A DNA stretch of 64,000 nucleotides, from IMG/VR virus record IMGVR_UViG_3300045988_169460, one strand, 5' to 3'. The notes beneath the pieces were generated by a model, which had not been told where the DNA came from, did no database searches, and saw only the letters and a list, made by a program, of their open reading frames with translations. Positions 27,548 to 36,718 of the stretch are shown here, piece by piece. Position 1 is the stretch's first letter; each line of letters begins with the position of its first letter. Source of the DNA: a virus. The position numbers and the translations under genes are program-made.

Positions 27548-28639
27548 TTGCCAGATTTAAAGCAATTAGTAAAGACTATAAATAAAGCGCATGGTAAGAA
27601 CGCTATACGTTTAGGGGCAACTATTAAAGAGCAGATGTCCTATAAGATTTCAACAGGTAGTGTAGCTTTAGATTATGTAATTGGTGGTGGAGTACCTTCT
27701 GGAAGATTAATAACTATTGCAGGAGCTTATTCTACTGGTAAATCGTTATTAGCTTATAAGATGATTGCTAATGCTCAAAAAATGAAAAAGAAACTTGTTA
27801 CAGTTGATGGTGAAGATATAGAAATTGTAGCAGAAGATGGTGATATTCCTTTAACTTGTGCTTTGATACAAACAGAACAAGGTAGTCTTACAAAAGAATG
27901 GGCAATAGAAAATGGTATAGATTTAGAGTCACTTTTATTTTGTCAACCTGATGGAATGGAAGAAGCTTTAGATATAGCTATAGCCTTGCAGAGAGCAGGA
28001 GTAGAATTGATTGTTATTGATTCTTATGCCGCTTTACTACCTACTAAAGTATTAACTTCTGACTTTGATGAAAGCTATCAAATGGGAATCAAGCCTAAAA
28101 TGTTAGGTGAGTATCATGGTAAATTTCAGTTGTTTAATAATGCATTAGAGCGAGAAGGAAAACTTCCTTCTACGGTTGTTGCAATTAATCAGTTGAGAGA
28201 GAAAATTGGCGTGATGTATGGAAGTCCAGAGTATACAACAGGTGGTAGAAGCACTGGATTTACAAATACTTTAGAGATTAGATTACGTATGGGTGATACT
28301 ATTGCAGTAGGTAGTGGAGAAACAAAAAGAATTGTAGGTAAGACAATCAAATTTAGAATCGAGAAAAATAAAGCTGGCGTTCCTTATGGAACAGGTGAGT
28401 ATGATATTTATACAGACACTTGTGACTATATTCAAAGAGGGGATATTGATAACGAAAAAGCATTAATTATGATTGCAGTATTGTTAGGAATAGTTGAGCG
28501 CAGAGGTGGCTGGTATTACTATAATGGTGAGCAGTTATCACAGGGGCAAGATAATTTAATTAAATTATTGCGTTCTAACAGAGCTTTATTTGAAGAGATA
28601 AGGGAAAAGGTGTTAACATCAGATGAGCATATACAATAG
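27548..28639 (+). CDS. recA: RecA-family recombinase
   Basis: GAYSTGKS Walker A, LIVIDSYAAL Walker B, NQLREKIGVMYGSPEYTTGG. Confidence 0.85.
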   Translation: MPDLKQLVKTINKAHGKNAIRLGATIKEQMSYKISTGSVALDYVIGGGVPSGRLITIAGAYSTGKSLLAYKMIANAQKMKKKLVTVDGEDIEIVAEDGDIPLTCALIQTEQGSLTKEWAIENGIDLESLLFCQPDGMEEALDIAIALQRAGVELIVIDSYAALLPTKVLTSDFDESYQMGIKPKMLGEYHGKFQLFNNALEREGKLPSTVVAINQLREKIGVMYGSPEYTTGGRSTGFTNTLEIRLRMGDTIAVGSGETKRIVGKTIKFRIEKNKAGVPYGTGEYDIYTDTCDYIQRGDIDNEKALIMIAVLLGIVERRGGWYYYNGEQLSQGQDNLIKLLRSNRALFEEIREKVLTSDEHIQ

Positions 28640-28823
28640 AGGCTATAACTCTTTTTTATATGATATTCTGGTAAGGCGAGGGTATTATACAGCTTCTTGT
28701 CATAATTGTTGGTTTTATGACAGAGGCTGTATTAATACAGATGTTACAGAGTATGATTTAATTAAGGGTGAAGAAACATATTGTATCTTTTGGAAGCCGC
28801 CACCAGTACAAGGGAATAGGTGA
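28623..28823 (+). CDS. small Cys-containing protein
   Basis: ORF overlapping neighbours on the same strand. Confidence 0.45.
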   Translation: MSIYNRGYNSFLYDILVRRGYYTASCHNCWFYDRGCINTDVTEYDLIKGEETYCIFWKPPPVQGNR

Positions 28824-29356
28824 TAAAAAGCATGGCGAGAAAAGGAACAACAAAGTACAAAAGTAATAAACAAGAAAAAGATGTAGCAAAAGTATTAGGT
28901 GGAAAAACAGTAATGGCTAGCGGCTCTTTATGGCAAGCTAAGGGTGATGTAAGAACATCAAGATACTTAGTTGAGTGTAAGACTACTGATAAAGATTTTT
29001 ATAAGCTGGAACAAAAGATTTTAGCTAAAATTGCAAAAGAAGCTATAAAGGATGGACTAAGAAGCCCTTTATTAGTTTTTGATTGCAAGAATGAGAGATT
29101 TGTAGTCTTTAGAATAAAGGACTGTTCGTTAAAAGCCTCTTTAATCTTTAAATTATTTAAAGTAAAGATTATTGATACTTTAGTAAAAGGTAGAAGTATT
29201 TCTTTATCTTATAAAGAAGATTTAAAGAGTTTAAATAAAAATGAGAATGCTATAGGATTTAGTGTTCATAACTATAGATTAGTTCCTGAAACTTGGTTTT
29301 TAGTTTCAGAAGAAGTATTCTTAAAAAATGAAAGAGTATTATACGAGGTTATGTAA
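28820..29356 (+). CDS. PD-(D/E)XK nuclease, resolvase-like (paralog of 31465-31995)
   Basis: EKDVAKVLGG...SGS...GDV...VECK pattern. Confidence 0.5.
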   Translation: MIKSMARKGTTKYKSNKQEKDVAKVLGGKTVMASGSLWQAKGDVRTSRYLVECKTTDKDFYKLEQKILAKIAKEAIKDGLRSPLLVFDCKNERFVVFRIKDCSLKASLIFKLFKVKIIDTLVKGRSISLSYKEDLKSLNKNENAIGFSVHNYRLVPETWFLVSEEVFLKNERVLYEVM

Positions 29357-30222
29357 TGAAGCGGTTAAAAGTAAGAGGTTCAGCTACTAGCCTGTTTTCT
29401 ATTATGAAGGGGTCAAATTGCCCTTTAACAACAGCAATAGACTCTTATTTATTAACTGAAAAAGATGATGAAGGAAGAAAACATGGCTTTAATAGTCCTA
29501 GTGGGATAAAAGATTGTGTAAGGTCTCTTTATTATGTTAGAAAGTTTTATGACTGCACAAATGTAATAAAACCAAGAACAAAACGAGTATTTCATAATGG
29601 TAAAGATGTTCATACTAGGATACAAAATTGTTTAATAAAATCTGGTTTATTATTACAAGAAGAGCCACCAGTATTTAATGCAGAACTACAAATATTAGGG
29701 AATGCGGATGGATTGGCTTTAATCAATGGACATTTAGGTGTGTTAGAGATAAAGTCAATTAATCATTGTGAATATGTAGGATTAATAGAACCTAAGCCAG
29801 AACATATAAAACAAGCTTCAATTTATATGTATTGTTTTGAAACGATAAGGCAAGCAATGCAGAGTGAGGACTTTTGTGGTGAAGAACTTGCTAATAAATA
29901 TTACTTATCTTTAGATAAATCTTTAAAAGTAAAAGAGCGAAAAAGCAGAAAACAAGGCTTTTTAAAAATGTTAAATCTTATAGAAGACTACAAAACCACT
30001 CCAATAGATAGCATTGATTTTTTGTATGAAAATAAAAATACACAAGAGATTAAAGAATTTATTGTTTATTGGGATGAGAGTATAATGCAAGAGATAAAAA
30101 GTAAATATACTTTTTTGAATGAATGTATAGCAAAAAACAAAATACCTGATAGACCAGAGGGCAGTACAAAAAGTGGTAGTTGTAAAAATTGTAAATATAA
30201 AGGAGTGTGTTATAGTGAATAA
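29356..30222 (+). CDS. Cas4/RecB-family exonuclease with Cys cluster
   Basis: GNADGL...LEIKS (D...ExK), QASIYMY (QxxxY), N-terminal C plus C-terminal CKNCKYKGVC. Confidence 0.7.
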   Translation: MKRLKVRGSATSLFSIMKGSNCPLTTAIDSYLLTEKDDEGRKHGFNSPSGIKDCVRSLYYVRKFYDCTNVIKPRTKRVFHNGKDVHTRIQNCLIKSGLLLQEEPPVFNAELQILGNADGLALINGHLGVLEIKSINHCEYVGLIEPKPEHIKQASIYMYCFETIRQAMQSEDFCGEELANKYYLSLDKSLKVKERKSRKQGFLKMLNLIEDYKTTPIDSIDFLYENKNTQEIKEFIVYWDESIMQEIKSKYTFLNECIAKNKIPDRPEGSTKSGSCKNCKYKGVCYSE

Positions 30223-30454
30223 AATTCTTTCTAAGGTATTTTATGGATTAGGTATGTTATTAGGCGTAATAGTAATGTCTATTGTTTGTGTGGCTTTCAG
30301 TTTTTGTTTCTGTGTAGTGCCTTATTTAATATATACTTTTTTGCCAGTAACACTTAGTCCAGTTTTAATTTGGTTATTTGGCGCAATTTATTTAGTTACT
30401 GCTTTTTTATGCCTTTATAACTTTATGGTTCGGGGCAAAGCTTTTAACTTATGA
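30215..30454 (+). CDS. membrane protein
   Basis: GTG 9 nt after AGGAG; two TM segments. Confidence 0.5.
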   Translation: MNKILSKVFYGLGMLLGVIVMSIVCVAFSFCFCVVPYLIYTFLPVTLSPVLIWLFGAIYLVTAFLCLYNFMVRGKAFNL

Positions 30455-31002
30455 AAGTATGGCAAATATTTAAAGAGTATGCTTGGATATTATGCATTTT
30501 TTTAAGTGTAGCGTGTTTTTATTTTTATAACAAACCGCCAGAGATTATTTATAAATCAGCAGTAAATATTGATAATGGCGAATTAACAGTTGAGGATATA
30601 AAACGTCCTCAAATTACATTAGATTCAAGTATTAAGGAACAAGCGAAAGTTCAAGTAATAGAAAAAAAAGATGAAACAGAAGCGGATTTAAATATAAAAG
30701 ATAACTATAAATTTAAAGCTAATATAAATGGTAAAGAGATTGAAATTGTTCCTGATACTAAAGAAAATTTTGAGTTTAAAAAAGATGCTGTTAATATAGA
30801 TAGAGATATAGAGATAGAATATAAAATTAAGACAACAACATTACAGCCTAATTTTGGTTTAGGATTGGGAATTGATTTTAATGGGAATCCAGCAATGAGT
30901 GCAAACGTGAAGCTTAAAAAAGCACCAGTATACTTTTGGGGAGCATCAAACTTCAAAGATTCGCATATGATAGGAGTAGGTATTTATGGTGACTTTAATT
31001 GA
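30451..31002 (+). CDS. membrane-anchored protein
   Basis: N-terminal TM segment; ATGA overlap. Confidence 0.5.
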   Translation: MKVWQIFKEYAWILCIFLSVACFYFYNKPPEIIYKSAVNIDNGELTVEDIKRPQITLDSSIKEQAKVQVIEKKDETEADLNIKDNYKFKANINGKEIEIVPDTKENFEFKKDAVNIDRDIEIEYKIKTTTLQPNFGLGLGIDFNGNPAMSANVKLKKAPVYFWGASNFKDSHMIGVGIYGDFN

Positions 31003-31468
31003 CAAGATTGAAAGTCAACTTTCACAAGAAGGTGTAACCCCTTTCTCCAATGAGAATATTGAAAGAGACTATTTAAAATTGCCAAGATATTTAGATGAGT
31101 TACCTGCCGCTGAAATAGGAAGGTATCTCCATGCTACAGTACAGCAAAGGGTATATGTAAGAACGCTTATATCTCAAACAAGAGCGTATTTAAGGGAAGC
31201 ACAGAGTCAGTTAAATATGGAAAAAGCTTTAATTTATAAAAGTTTTCCAGTAAAAATGAGTCTTACAGAAAAAGAATTAAAACTTGCAGAATATCCTTCC
31301 GCTAAAGAGGCAATGGAAAGGGTGATATATTTGCAAGAAAGACTTGATTATTTAAAAGATGTATTAGATAGCTTAGAAGATTTAAAATTTAATATTAGTA
31401 GAGAGTTGTCTAGACGTGGAGTAGACTTTACAGATGCCAACAGAAGTGCTAGGGTTGGTGTAGAGTGA
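30986..31468 (+). CDS. hypothetical protein
   Basis: ORF packed on same strand. Confidence 0.5.
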   Translation: MVTLIDKIESQLSQEGVTPFSNENIERDYLKLPRYLDELPAAEIGRYLHATVQQRVYVRTLISQTRAYLREAQSQLNMEKALIYKSFPVKMSLTEKELKLAEYPSAKEAMERVIYLQERLDYLKDVLDSLEDLKFNISRELSRRGVDFTDANRSARVGVE

Positions 31469-31995
31469 AGCAAGTAGATGTTCTTAAAGAACGGTTAGAA
31501 CTTTTAAAAAGATATGAACCTGATTCGAAAGAAATAGTAGAGTTAGAAAATCGGATTAAATTAAGCAAAAAAGCTAAATCCAGTAGGAGAAAAGGGGCAT
31601 CTTATGAATCAAAGGTAAGGAAGCTTTTGGGCGAAAGATTTCCTGATTTAGATTTTTCAAGAGTTCCTTCCAGTGGTGGATTTCAAAAATCCTCAGCTAA
31701 TACTTTGTTAAGAGGAGACTTAGTTAATCTAAATGAAGATTATGATTTCAAATTACATTTAGAACTAAAAAATCAAAATAGATGGCAAGTTAATACATGG
31801 TTTGAGCAAGCTGAAAGTGATTGTATTGAAGGTAAATTGCCTATAGTCATTATGCATAGAACGCAGAAAAATGAAAATGGCAAGCGAATAGCAGAAGCAG
31901 ATGATTTTGTATTTTTACGTTTAAAAGATTTTTTAGATATTCTAGATGATGGAAAAATAATCAAAAAATGTCTTGACAAAAAGACAAAAATGTGA
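31465..31995 (+). CDS. PD-(D/E)XK nuclease, resolvase-like
   Basis: RRKGASYESKVRKLLG...SSGG...GDL...LELK pattern. Confidence 0.5.
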   Translation: MKQVDVLKERLELLKRYEPDSKEIVELENRIKLSKKAKSSRRKGASYESKVRKLLGERFPDLDFSRVPSSGGFQKSSANTLLRGDLVNLNEDYDFKLHLELKNQNRWQVNTWFEQAESDCIEGKLPIVIMHRTQKNENGKRIAEADDFVFLRLKDFLDILDDGKIIKKCLDKKTKM

Positions 31996-32011
31996 TATAA
32001 TAACATTTGTA
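31983..32011 (+). promoter_or_regulatory. sigma-A-type promoter
   Basis: TTGACA, 17-nt spacer, TGaTATAAT. Confidence 0.7.
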
Positions 32012-32062
32012 ATAATTTTAAAAAAGCCTATAAAGGGCTATAAAAGGAAAGAGGAAGATAGA

Positions 32063-32347
32063 ATGGAAAAAACAGCTTTATTTAAAGTTTCTTCAACAAG
32101 TAATGCAAAAAGTGTAGCAGGCTCAATCAGCCACACATTGAAAGGTGACGGAGATACGGCACCAAAAGATGTAGTATTGCAAGCAATCGGAGCTAGTGCC
32201 ATTAATCAAACATGTAAAGCTATTGCTATTTCAAGAGGGCATTTAGCTGTGGCAGGATACGATGTAGTTACTAGAATTGGATTTGACGTTGTTGAAATTG
32301 ATGGTGAAGAACGTACAATTTTGAAATTCTTCGTATCATTGAGATAA
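32063..32347 (+). CDS. spoVS: SpoVS-like protein
   Basis: KVSSTSNAKSVAGSIS...LQAIGASAINQTCKAIAISRG...IDGEERT matches the stage V sporulation protein S pattern. Confidence 0.85.
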   Translation: MEKTALFKVSSTSNAKSVAGSISHTLKGDGDTAPKDVVLQAIGASAINQTCKAIAISRGHLAVAGYDVVTRIGFDVVEIDGEERTILKFFVSLR

Positions 32348-32371
32348 CTCTGACTAGAGTATAACAGTCAT

Positions 32372-32400
32372 AGCCCACCATTTAGGTGGGCTTTTATTTT
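32372..32400 (+). terminator. rho-independent terminator
   Basis: AGCCCACC / GGTGGGCT 8-bp stem, 5-nt loop, T-rich tail. Confidence 0.75.
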
Positions 32401-32413
32401 AAGGGGGCATACT

Positions 32414-32797
32414 ATGAACCAAGAACTCACATTAGCAGTTAGCAGTAGTTTTGAAGCCGCTCATCATTTAGTAAATCCAACAGCATTTAATGAGAAATGC
32501 CTTAAACTACATGGACATTCTTATAAGTATACTATCTTTTTAAAAGGAGAAGTACAAGATGGTGGTATGGTAGAAGATTTTGGAGCTATAAAGAGGTATA
32601 TTATAAATGAAATAACAAAGCTCTATGACCATTCAGATTTAAACAGATTTTTTTATAATCCTACCGCAGAAATGTTAGTTTTAGATATGGCATGGAGAGT
32701 AGAAGCCTTAATAGAGGATAATAGTTTAAAAGTTAAACTGACCAAAATAGAATTAGCCGAAACGGATAATAATAGGGTAATATGGGAGTCACAGTAA
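32414..32797 (+). CDS. queD: 6-carboxytetrahydropterin synthase
   Basis: SSSFEAAHHL, CLKLHGHSY, DHSDLN motifs. Confidence 0.85.
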   Translation: MNQELTLAVSSSFEAAHHLVNPTAFNEKCLKLHGHSYKYTIFLKGEVQDGGMVEDFGAIKRYIINEITKLYDHSDLNRFFYNPTAEMLVLDMAWRVEALIEDNSLKVKLTKIELAETDNNRVIWESQ

Positions 32798-33454
32798 ATG
32801 TATATTACAGAGATTTTTAGTAGTATTCAAGGTGAGGGGAAGTATACAGGCTATCCTACTACCTTTGTTAGATTATTTGGTTGCAATTTATTTGAGATGT
32901 CTCCTAGCTATGCTTGTAAGTATTGTGATGAGAAACATTCAATGACAGGCAAACGAATAAAGATGCATTTAGGATTGGTAATGGATAAGATAGGGGCATT
33001 AGGAAATAAATATGTTTGTATCACAGGTGGAGAACCTTTAATGCAGGAAGAAACTATGCCTTTAGTTTATGAATTATTGTATAATGATTATATTGTTACA
33101 GTAGAAACAAATGGGACAATTCCTATAGAGCATTGTGAATATGTAAGAAGTTATTCATATTGTATGGATGTTAAATTACCTAGTAGCAGAACAGTATTAG
33201 CACCAGATTTAAATTGTTATAAGAATTTAGGAGAGCTAAAAGTAAATGATGAAGTTAAGTTTGTTATTTCTAATATCCATGATTATGAAGAAGCAAAACG
33301 GATTTTAAAGAAATATAAAACTAAAGCAAGCCTTATTTTTTCTCCTGTAAATTGTGATTTAGAATTAGCAAGAGAAATAATGGGCTGGTTAATGAAAGAT
33401 AAATTAAAAGCTAAATTAGGATTACAAATACACAAATTATTAGAAATTAAATAG
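32798..33454 (+). CDS. queE: 7-carboxy-7-deazaguanine synthase (radical SAM)
   Basis: EIFSSIQGEGKYTGYPTTFVRLFGCNL...CKYCD, ITGGEPL. Confidence 0.8.
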   Translation: MYITEIFSSIQGEGKYTGYPTTFVRLFGCNLFEMSPSYACKYCDEKHSMTGKRIKMHLGLVMDKIGALGNKYVCITGGEPLMQEETMPLVYELLYNDYIVTVETNGTIPIEHCEYVRSYSYCMDVKLPSSRTVLAPDLNCYKNLGELKVNDEVKFVISNIHDYEEAKRILKKYKTKASLIFSPVNCDLELAREIMGWLMKDKLKAKLGLQIHKLLEIK

Positions 33455-33464
33455 TAAAAATCTA

Positions 33465-33493
33465 TTGACAAATATGGATTTTTATGGTATAAT
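33465..33493 (+). promoter_or_regulatory. sigma-A-type promoter
   Basis: TTGACA, 17-nt spacer, TGgTATAAT. Confidence 0.7.
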
Positions 33494-33504
33494 AGGAGTA
33501 TAAT

Positions 33505-34116
33505 ATGAAGATAGAAAATGTTAGAATATATGGTTTGCCAGAGAGCTTAATAGCCTCTGGCTATCCCATGTTATCTACAGAATTAAATGAAAAGGAATTT
33601 TTAAAGGAAGTAGAAGCGACAGAAAGAATAATTAAAAATAAATCTGGTAGTAATAAACATATAGAAAGAGGTATTAGATTAGGCAATTCTCCTTTAGGTA
33701 GCGGACATAATTGTGCTTTAAAGGGAATTACAGTACAATTTGATTTAACTTTTCCTCAGTATACATGGCAACAGTTACAAAGATATCACTATATTGATTT
33801 TATAAGTTCAATGAGCAAAATGCATCGTATTACAATGCTTGATTTAGATAAACATTGTCCTTTAGTGGATAATGAATTATTAAAAATTTCACAAAGATAT
33901 GTAAATGCTTATAAAAAAGGTGAGATTGGCATAGATGCTTGTTTATCTAATATTCCTATGGGATTACAGATGACAGCACGAATGACTACAAATTATTTAC
34001 AATTATTATCTATTTATCATCAAAGAAATACTCATCGTTCAGATGAATGGAAAGAGTTTTGTTCTTGGGTAAAAACACTGCCTATGTTTAAAGAGTTGTG
34101 TTTAAAAGGAGAATAA
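33505..34116 (+). CDS. divergent ThyX-fold protein lacking the RHR...S.RY signature
   Basis: collinear with ThyX (GSGHNCALKGITVQFDL...WQQLQRYHY...; IPMGLQMT...NYLQLLSIYHQR) but RHR is RYH and the Ser/Arg/Tyr motif is absent. Confidence 0.45.
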   Translation: MKIENVRIYGLPESLIASGYPMLSTELNEKEFLKEVEATERIIKNKSGSNKHIERGIRLGNSPLGSGHNCALKGITVQFDLTFPQYTWQQLQRYHYIDFISSMSKMHRITMLDLDKHCPLVDNELLKISQRYVNAYKKGEIGIDACLSNIPMGLQMTARMTTNYLQLLSIYHQRNTHRSDEWKEFCSWVKTLPMFKELCLKGE

Positions 34117-34120
34117 ATGT

Positions 34121-34540
34121 ATGGATTTAAACTCTGTTAATATAACAGCTACACAAGTAGCTAAAAATTATTTTTCAGCTTATGTTGAAAATGGCTTTAT
34201 TTATTCTTATAGTGTATATGGTGAAAGACAACAAGTTGGTGTTACAAACGATGCTTATACTGCTTTACAGAAGACAGCGCAAGAAGCTTTAGATAAAGCT
34301 GAAAAGTATTATCAACGATTAGTGGAGTTAGGAGATATAGTACCTCCTAAAACATCAGAAGAAACTATTGCAGAATTGATGTCTGTAGTTAGTGAATTAC
34401 GTAATGAGATAAGAGAAATGAAGACAGTTCAACATAAGGGGGATTCAAATGAATCTATTAAGTATACTGAAAGCTCTGGGGATAAAAATTTCCCCACAAA
34501 TAGAGGAAGCTATAGCAAAGGCACAGCAACTGGCAAATAA
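34121..34540 (+). CDS. hypothetical protein
   Basis: ORF; 3' end overlaps the next ORF by 92 nt. Confidence 0.45.
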   Translation: MDLNSVNITATQVAKNYFSAYVENGFIYSYSVYGERQQVGVTNDAYTALQKTAQEALDKAEKYYQRLVELGDIVPPKTSEETIAELMSVVSELRNEIREMKTVQHKGDSNESIKYTESSGDKNFPTNRGSYSKGTATGK

Positions 34541-34799
34541 CTATGGCAATTCTAAAGAGGGCTTTATAAAAGCAGTTAATGAAAATGGTGGAACAGAATC
34601 TTTAACAAAAGCCTTAGCAACATTAGATAATCCAAATGTTGCTAGAGTTTTAACAGCGTTAGGGCACCCGCCAGAGTCTATAAAACAAGCAGTTAATAGT
34701 CTTGGAGCAATAGCTCCTACGCCACAACAAACTCCTAATAATCAAAATATTTCTAATGAGATTAGGTCTTTTGAAGAAAGGCTTAAAAGATTAAAGTAG
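34449..34799 (+). CDS. hypothetical protein
   Basis: ATG 7 nt after AAGGGGGA. Confidence 0.5.
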   Translation: MNLLSILKALGIKISPQIEEAIAKAQQLANNYGNSKEGFIKAVNENGGTESLTKALATLDNPNVARVLTALGHPPESIKQAVNSLGAIAPTPQQTPNNQNISNEIRSFEERLKRLK

Positions 34800-34836
34800 T
34801 AATACTTTAGTTATGTATTTTAAGGAGTGATTTTAA

Positions 34837-35334
34837 GTGGATGAAAAAATAAATTGGGGCTTTATCATTCTTATCTTCTTGTTCTTTATGATTTTTGGAG
34901 GATGGGGTAATGGTGGTCTGTTTGGTGGCAGAGGTGGAGAATGCGCTGGTTGTGGTGTAGTTTCTAACTGTCAAGTAGAAAAACAGCAAATCATTGATAC
35001 AGCTAGAACTCAATACATGATTGAAAACACTGCAAAACAAACCCAAGAACAGGCAATGGCTTTAGCTAATGCTCTTGGAACTAAAATTGATTTCTATGAA
35101 TATCAAAATCTGCGTGACCAACTGGCACAAGAAAGAACTAAAAATGTGGTTCTGGAAAATCGTGTCTATAGTGATGCTAAATTTAATGCACTGGAAAGAC
35201 AGAACGAAGCTATGTTTGGCGTATTAAAATCTGAAATTGCAGACTTGTCTTGCAATGTTCCGAAACGTCCTCCATACTATGCACAAGGTTTTGTAGCTTG
35301 TGGTTCTCCGATTCCCAATGGATGTTGCAACTAA
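34837..35334 (+). CDS. membrane-anchored Gly/Cys-rich protein
   Basis: N-terminal TM then GGWGNGGLFGGRGGECAGCG; C-terminal CGSPIPNGCCN; locally higher GC codon choice. Confidence 0.5.
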   Translation: MDEKINWGFIILIFLFFMIFGGWGNGGLFGGRGGECAGCGVVSNCQVEKQQIIDTARTQYMIENTAKQTQEQAMALANALGTKIDFYEYQNLRDQLAQERTKNVVLENRVYSDAKFNALERQNEAMFGVLKSEIADLSCNVPKRPPYYAQGFVACGSPIPNGCCN

Positions 35335-35364
35335 TCTTTTGAAGTTCCGCTTATTTGCGTGATT

Positions 35365-35397
35365 GAGGGGTAGGCGGTATGCCTACCTCTCTTTTTA
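35365..35397 (+). terminator. rho-independent terminator
   Basis: 11-bp stem GAGGGGTAGGC / GCCTACCTCTC, 5-nt loop, T5. Confidence 0.75.
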
Positions 35398-35416
35398 TAT
35401 TAAGGAGTGATTATTA

Positions 35417-35797
35417 ATGAATTGTAATTGTACAAATATTTTAGCCTCTACTTCTATTACATCCGAAGCTAATGATATTGATATCGTGGTTCCAAGTAGA
35501 ACTATTTATAATGGTCAATGTGAGAAGTTATTAATACAACAGGCAATTCCTGTAAGTACAAATGGAAATGCAGTTCCTGTAAAATTAACTATTGGTGATG
35601 CTTCTGTCTTATTATTAGACCGTTGTGGAAACGCTGTTTTTTCTGACCAATTAAAATCAAGAAAAATCTATGATATTAGATTTCATACAACAGCTTTAAC
35701 AGCTACTATTCTGTGTTCTATTCCAAACTGTACTAGTGGAGTAAATACTGTATTTAATCCTGCAACACCTCCTTCTGAGCCTGTTCCAAGTAATTAA
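35417..35797 (+). CDS. hypothetical Cys-containing protein
   Basis: ATG after AAGGAG. Confidence 0.5.
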   Translation: MNCNCTNILASTSITSEANDIDIVVPSRTIYNGQCEKLLIQQAIPVSTNGNAVPVKLTIGDASVLLLDRCGNAVFSDQLKSRKIYDIRFHTTALTATILCSIPNCTSGVNTVFNPATPPSEPVPSN

Positions 35798-35815
35798 TAG
35801 ACAGGAGGATTAGCT

Positions 35816-35986
35816 ATGAAACTAGATTTAGTGTCCTTAATGTTAGGTTTTGGTGTTGGTTATCTAGCATTAACAGAATCAGGTAGAAAACAGTTAATAA
35901 AAGTAAGCAATCAAGGTGGGGAATTAGTAAATAAGCTTACAGATAAGTATATAGGCGAGCCTATCAGTAAAGCATTAGGGGAATAG
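35816..35986 (+). CDS. small membrane protein (56 aa, below ORF-track cutoff)
   Basis: ATG 6 nt after AGGAGGA; hydrophobic N-terminus. Confidence 0.45.
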   Translation: MKLDLVSLMLGFGVGYLALTESGRKQLIKVSNQGGELVNKLTDKYIGEPISKALGE

Positions 35987-35989
35987 AAA

Positions 35990-36445
35990 GTGTCACACAT
36001 GAAGAAGTCGTTAATGCACCTGACGAAGAAGCAAAACTGGATTGATGATTTAGTTGAAATATTAAAATGTAGATTAAAATATCCTACAACAGATTTAAAA
36101 GAAGTTTATGAAGATATAGAAGAAGACATTTATTTATGTGTTAATGGCGAGCATTTTGATGAGGACTTAGCGAAACAAGCCGTTAGTGAGATGATAAATG
36201 CAGGTGGTACAACTGGCGAGAAATGGAGCAAGGAACGTACTGATGAGGCTGCTCGGATTGTCGGCATCACTGAAAACCTCTGGGATTTTTACTATGTTAT
36301 TAATATGTACTACAGCGATTACAACACAGTTATCGGTGAAGATATTACAATGGCGGCGAAACTCTCTAAAGCGTTCATTGAGGATGTAGATGTTCCAGAA
36401 GGAAAGGCTTATAGATACTACAAATATGTAGTTAAAGATGAATAA
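35990..36445 (+). CDS. hypothetical protein
   Basis: ORF packed on same strand. Confidence 0.5.
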   Translation: MSHMKKSLMHLTKKQNWIDDLVEILKCRLKYPTTDLKEVYEDIEEDIYLCVNGEHFDEDLAKQAVSEMINAGGTTGEKWSKERTDEAARIVGITENLWDFYYVINMYYSDYNTVIGEDITMAAKLSKAFIEDVDVPEGKAYRYYKYVVKDE

Positions 36446-36656
36446 TAACGGAAATAATAATAGTCTTCTGGATACTTTAGGGGCTTTAGGTGATTTATTA
36501 GGCATATTAAACTACATAGAAAATTTACAACAAACTAAAAATGATGTTATAATGAAAGAATTAAGAAAGCAAGATAGTGTATATTTTAAGCAAATATTAG
36601 AAAATCAAGCAAGAATTGAAGAAAAGTTAGATAAGTTACTTGACAAGCAAGAGTAG
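36438..36656 (+). CDS. hypothetical protein
   Basis: ORF overlapping the upstream stop. Confidence 0.5.
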   Translation: MNNNGNNNSLLDTLGALGDLLGILNYIENLQQTKNDVIMKELRKQDSVYFKQILENQARIEEKLDKLLDKQE

Positions 36657-36667
36657 TTATGATATAA
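36639..36667 (+). promoter_or_regulatory. sigma-A-type promoter abutting a hairpin
   Basis: TTGACA, 17-nt spacer, TGaTATAAT. Confidence 0.7.
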
Positions 36668-36697
36668 TAGAGGTGTAGTCAAGGCTACGCCTCTATT
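36668..36697 (+). terminator. terminator hairpin starting 1 nt after the -10 box
   Basis: AGAGGTGTAG / CTACGCCTCT 10-bp stem (one G:U), 6-nt loop, ATTTT. Confidence 0.55.
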
Positions 36698-36718
36698 TTA
36701 ATTATAAGGAAGGTTAAA

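Noticed and set aside
34449-34540. Programmed frameshift joining ORFs 34121-34540 and 34449-34799 (92-nt overlap)
   Set aside because: There is no slippery heptamer or downstream structure at the overlap. ORF 34449 has its own strong RBS (AAGGGGGA). The locus is not a tail-chaperone context. Treated as simple overlap or an over-extended upstream ORF.
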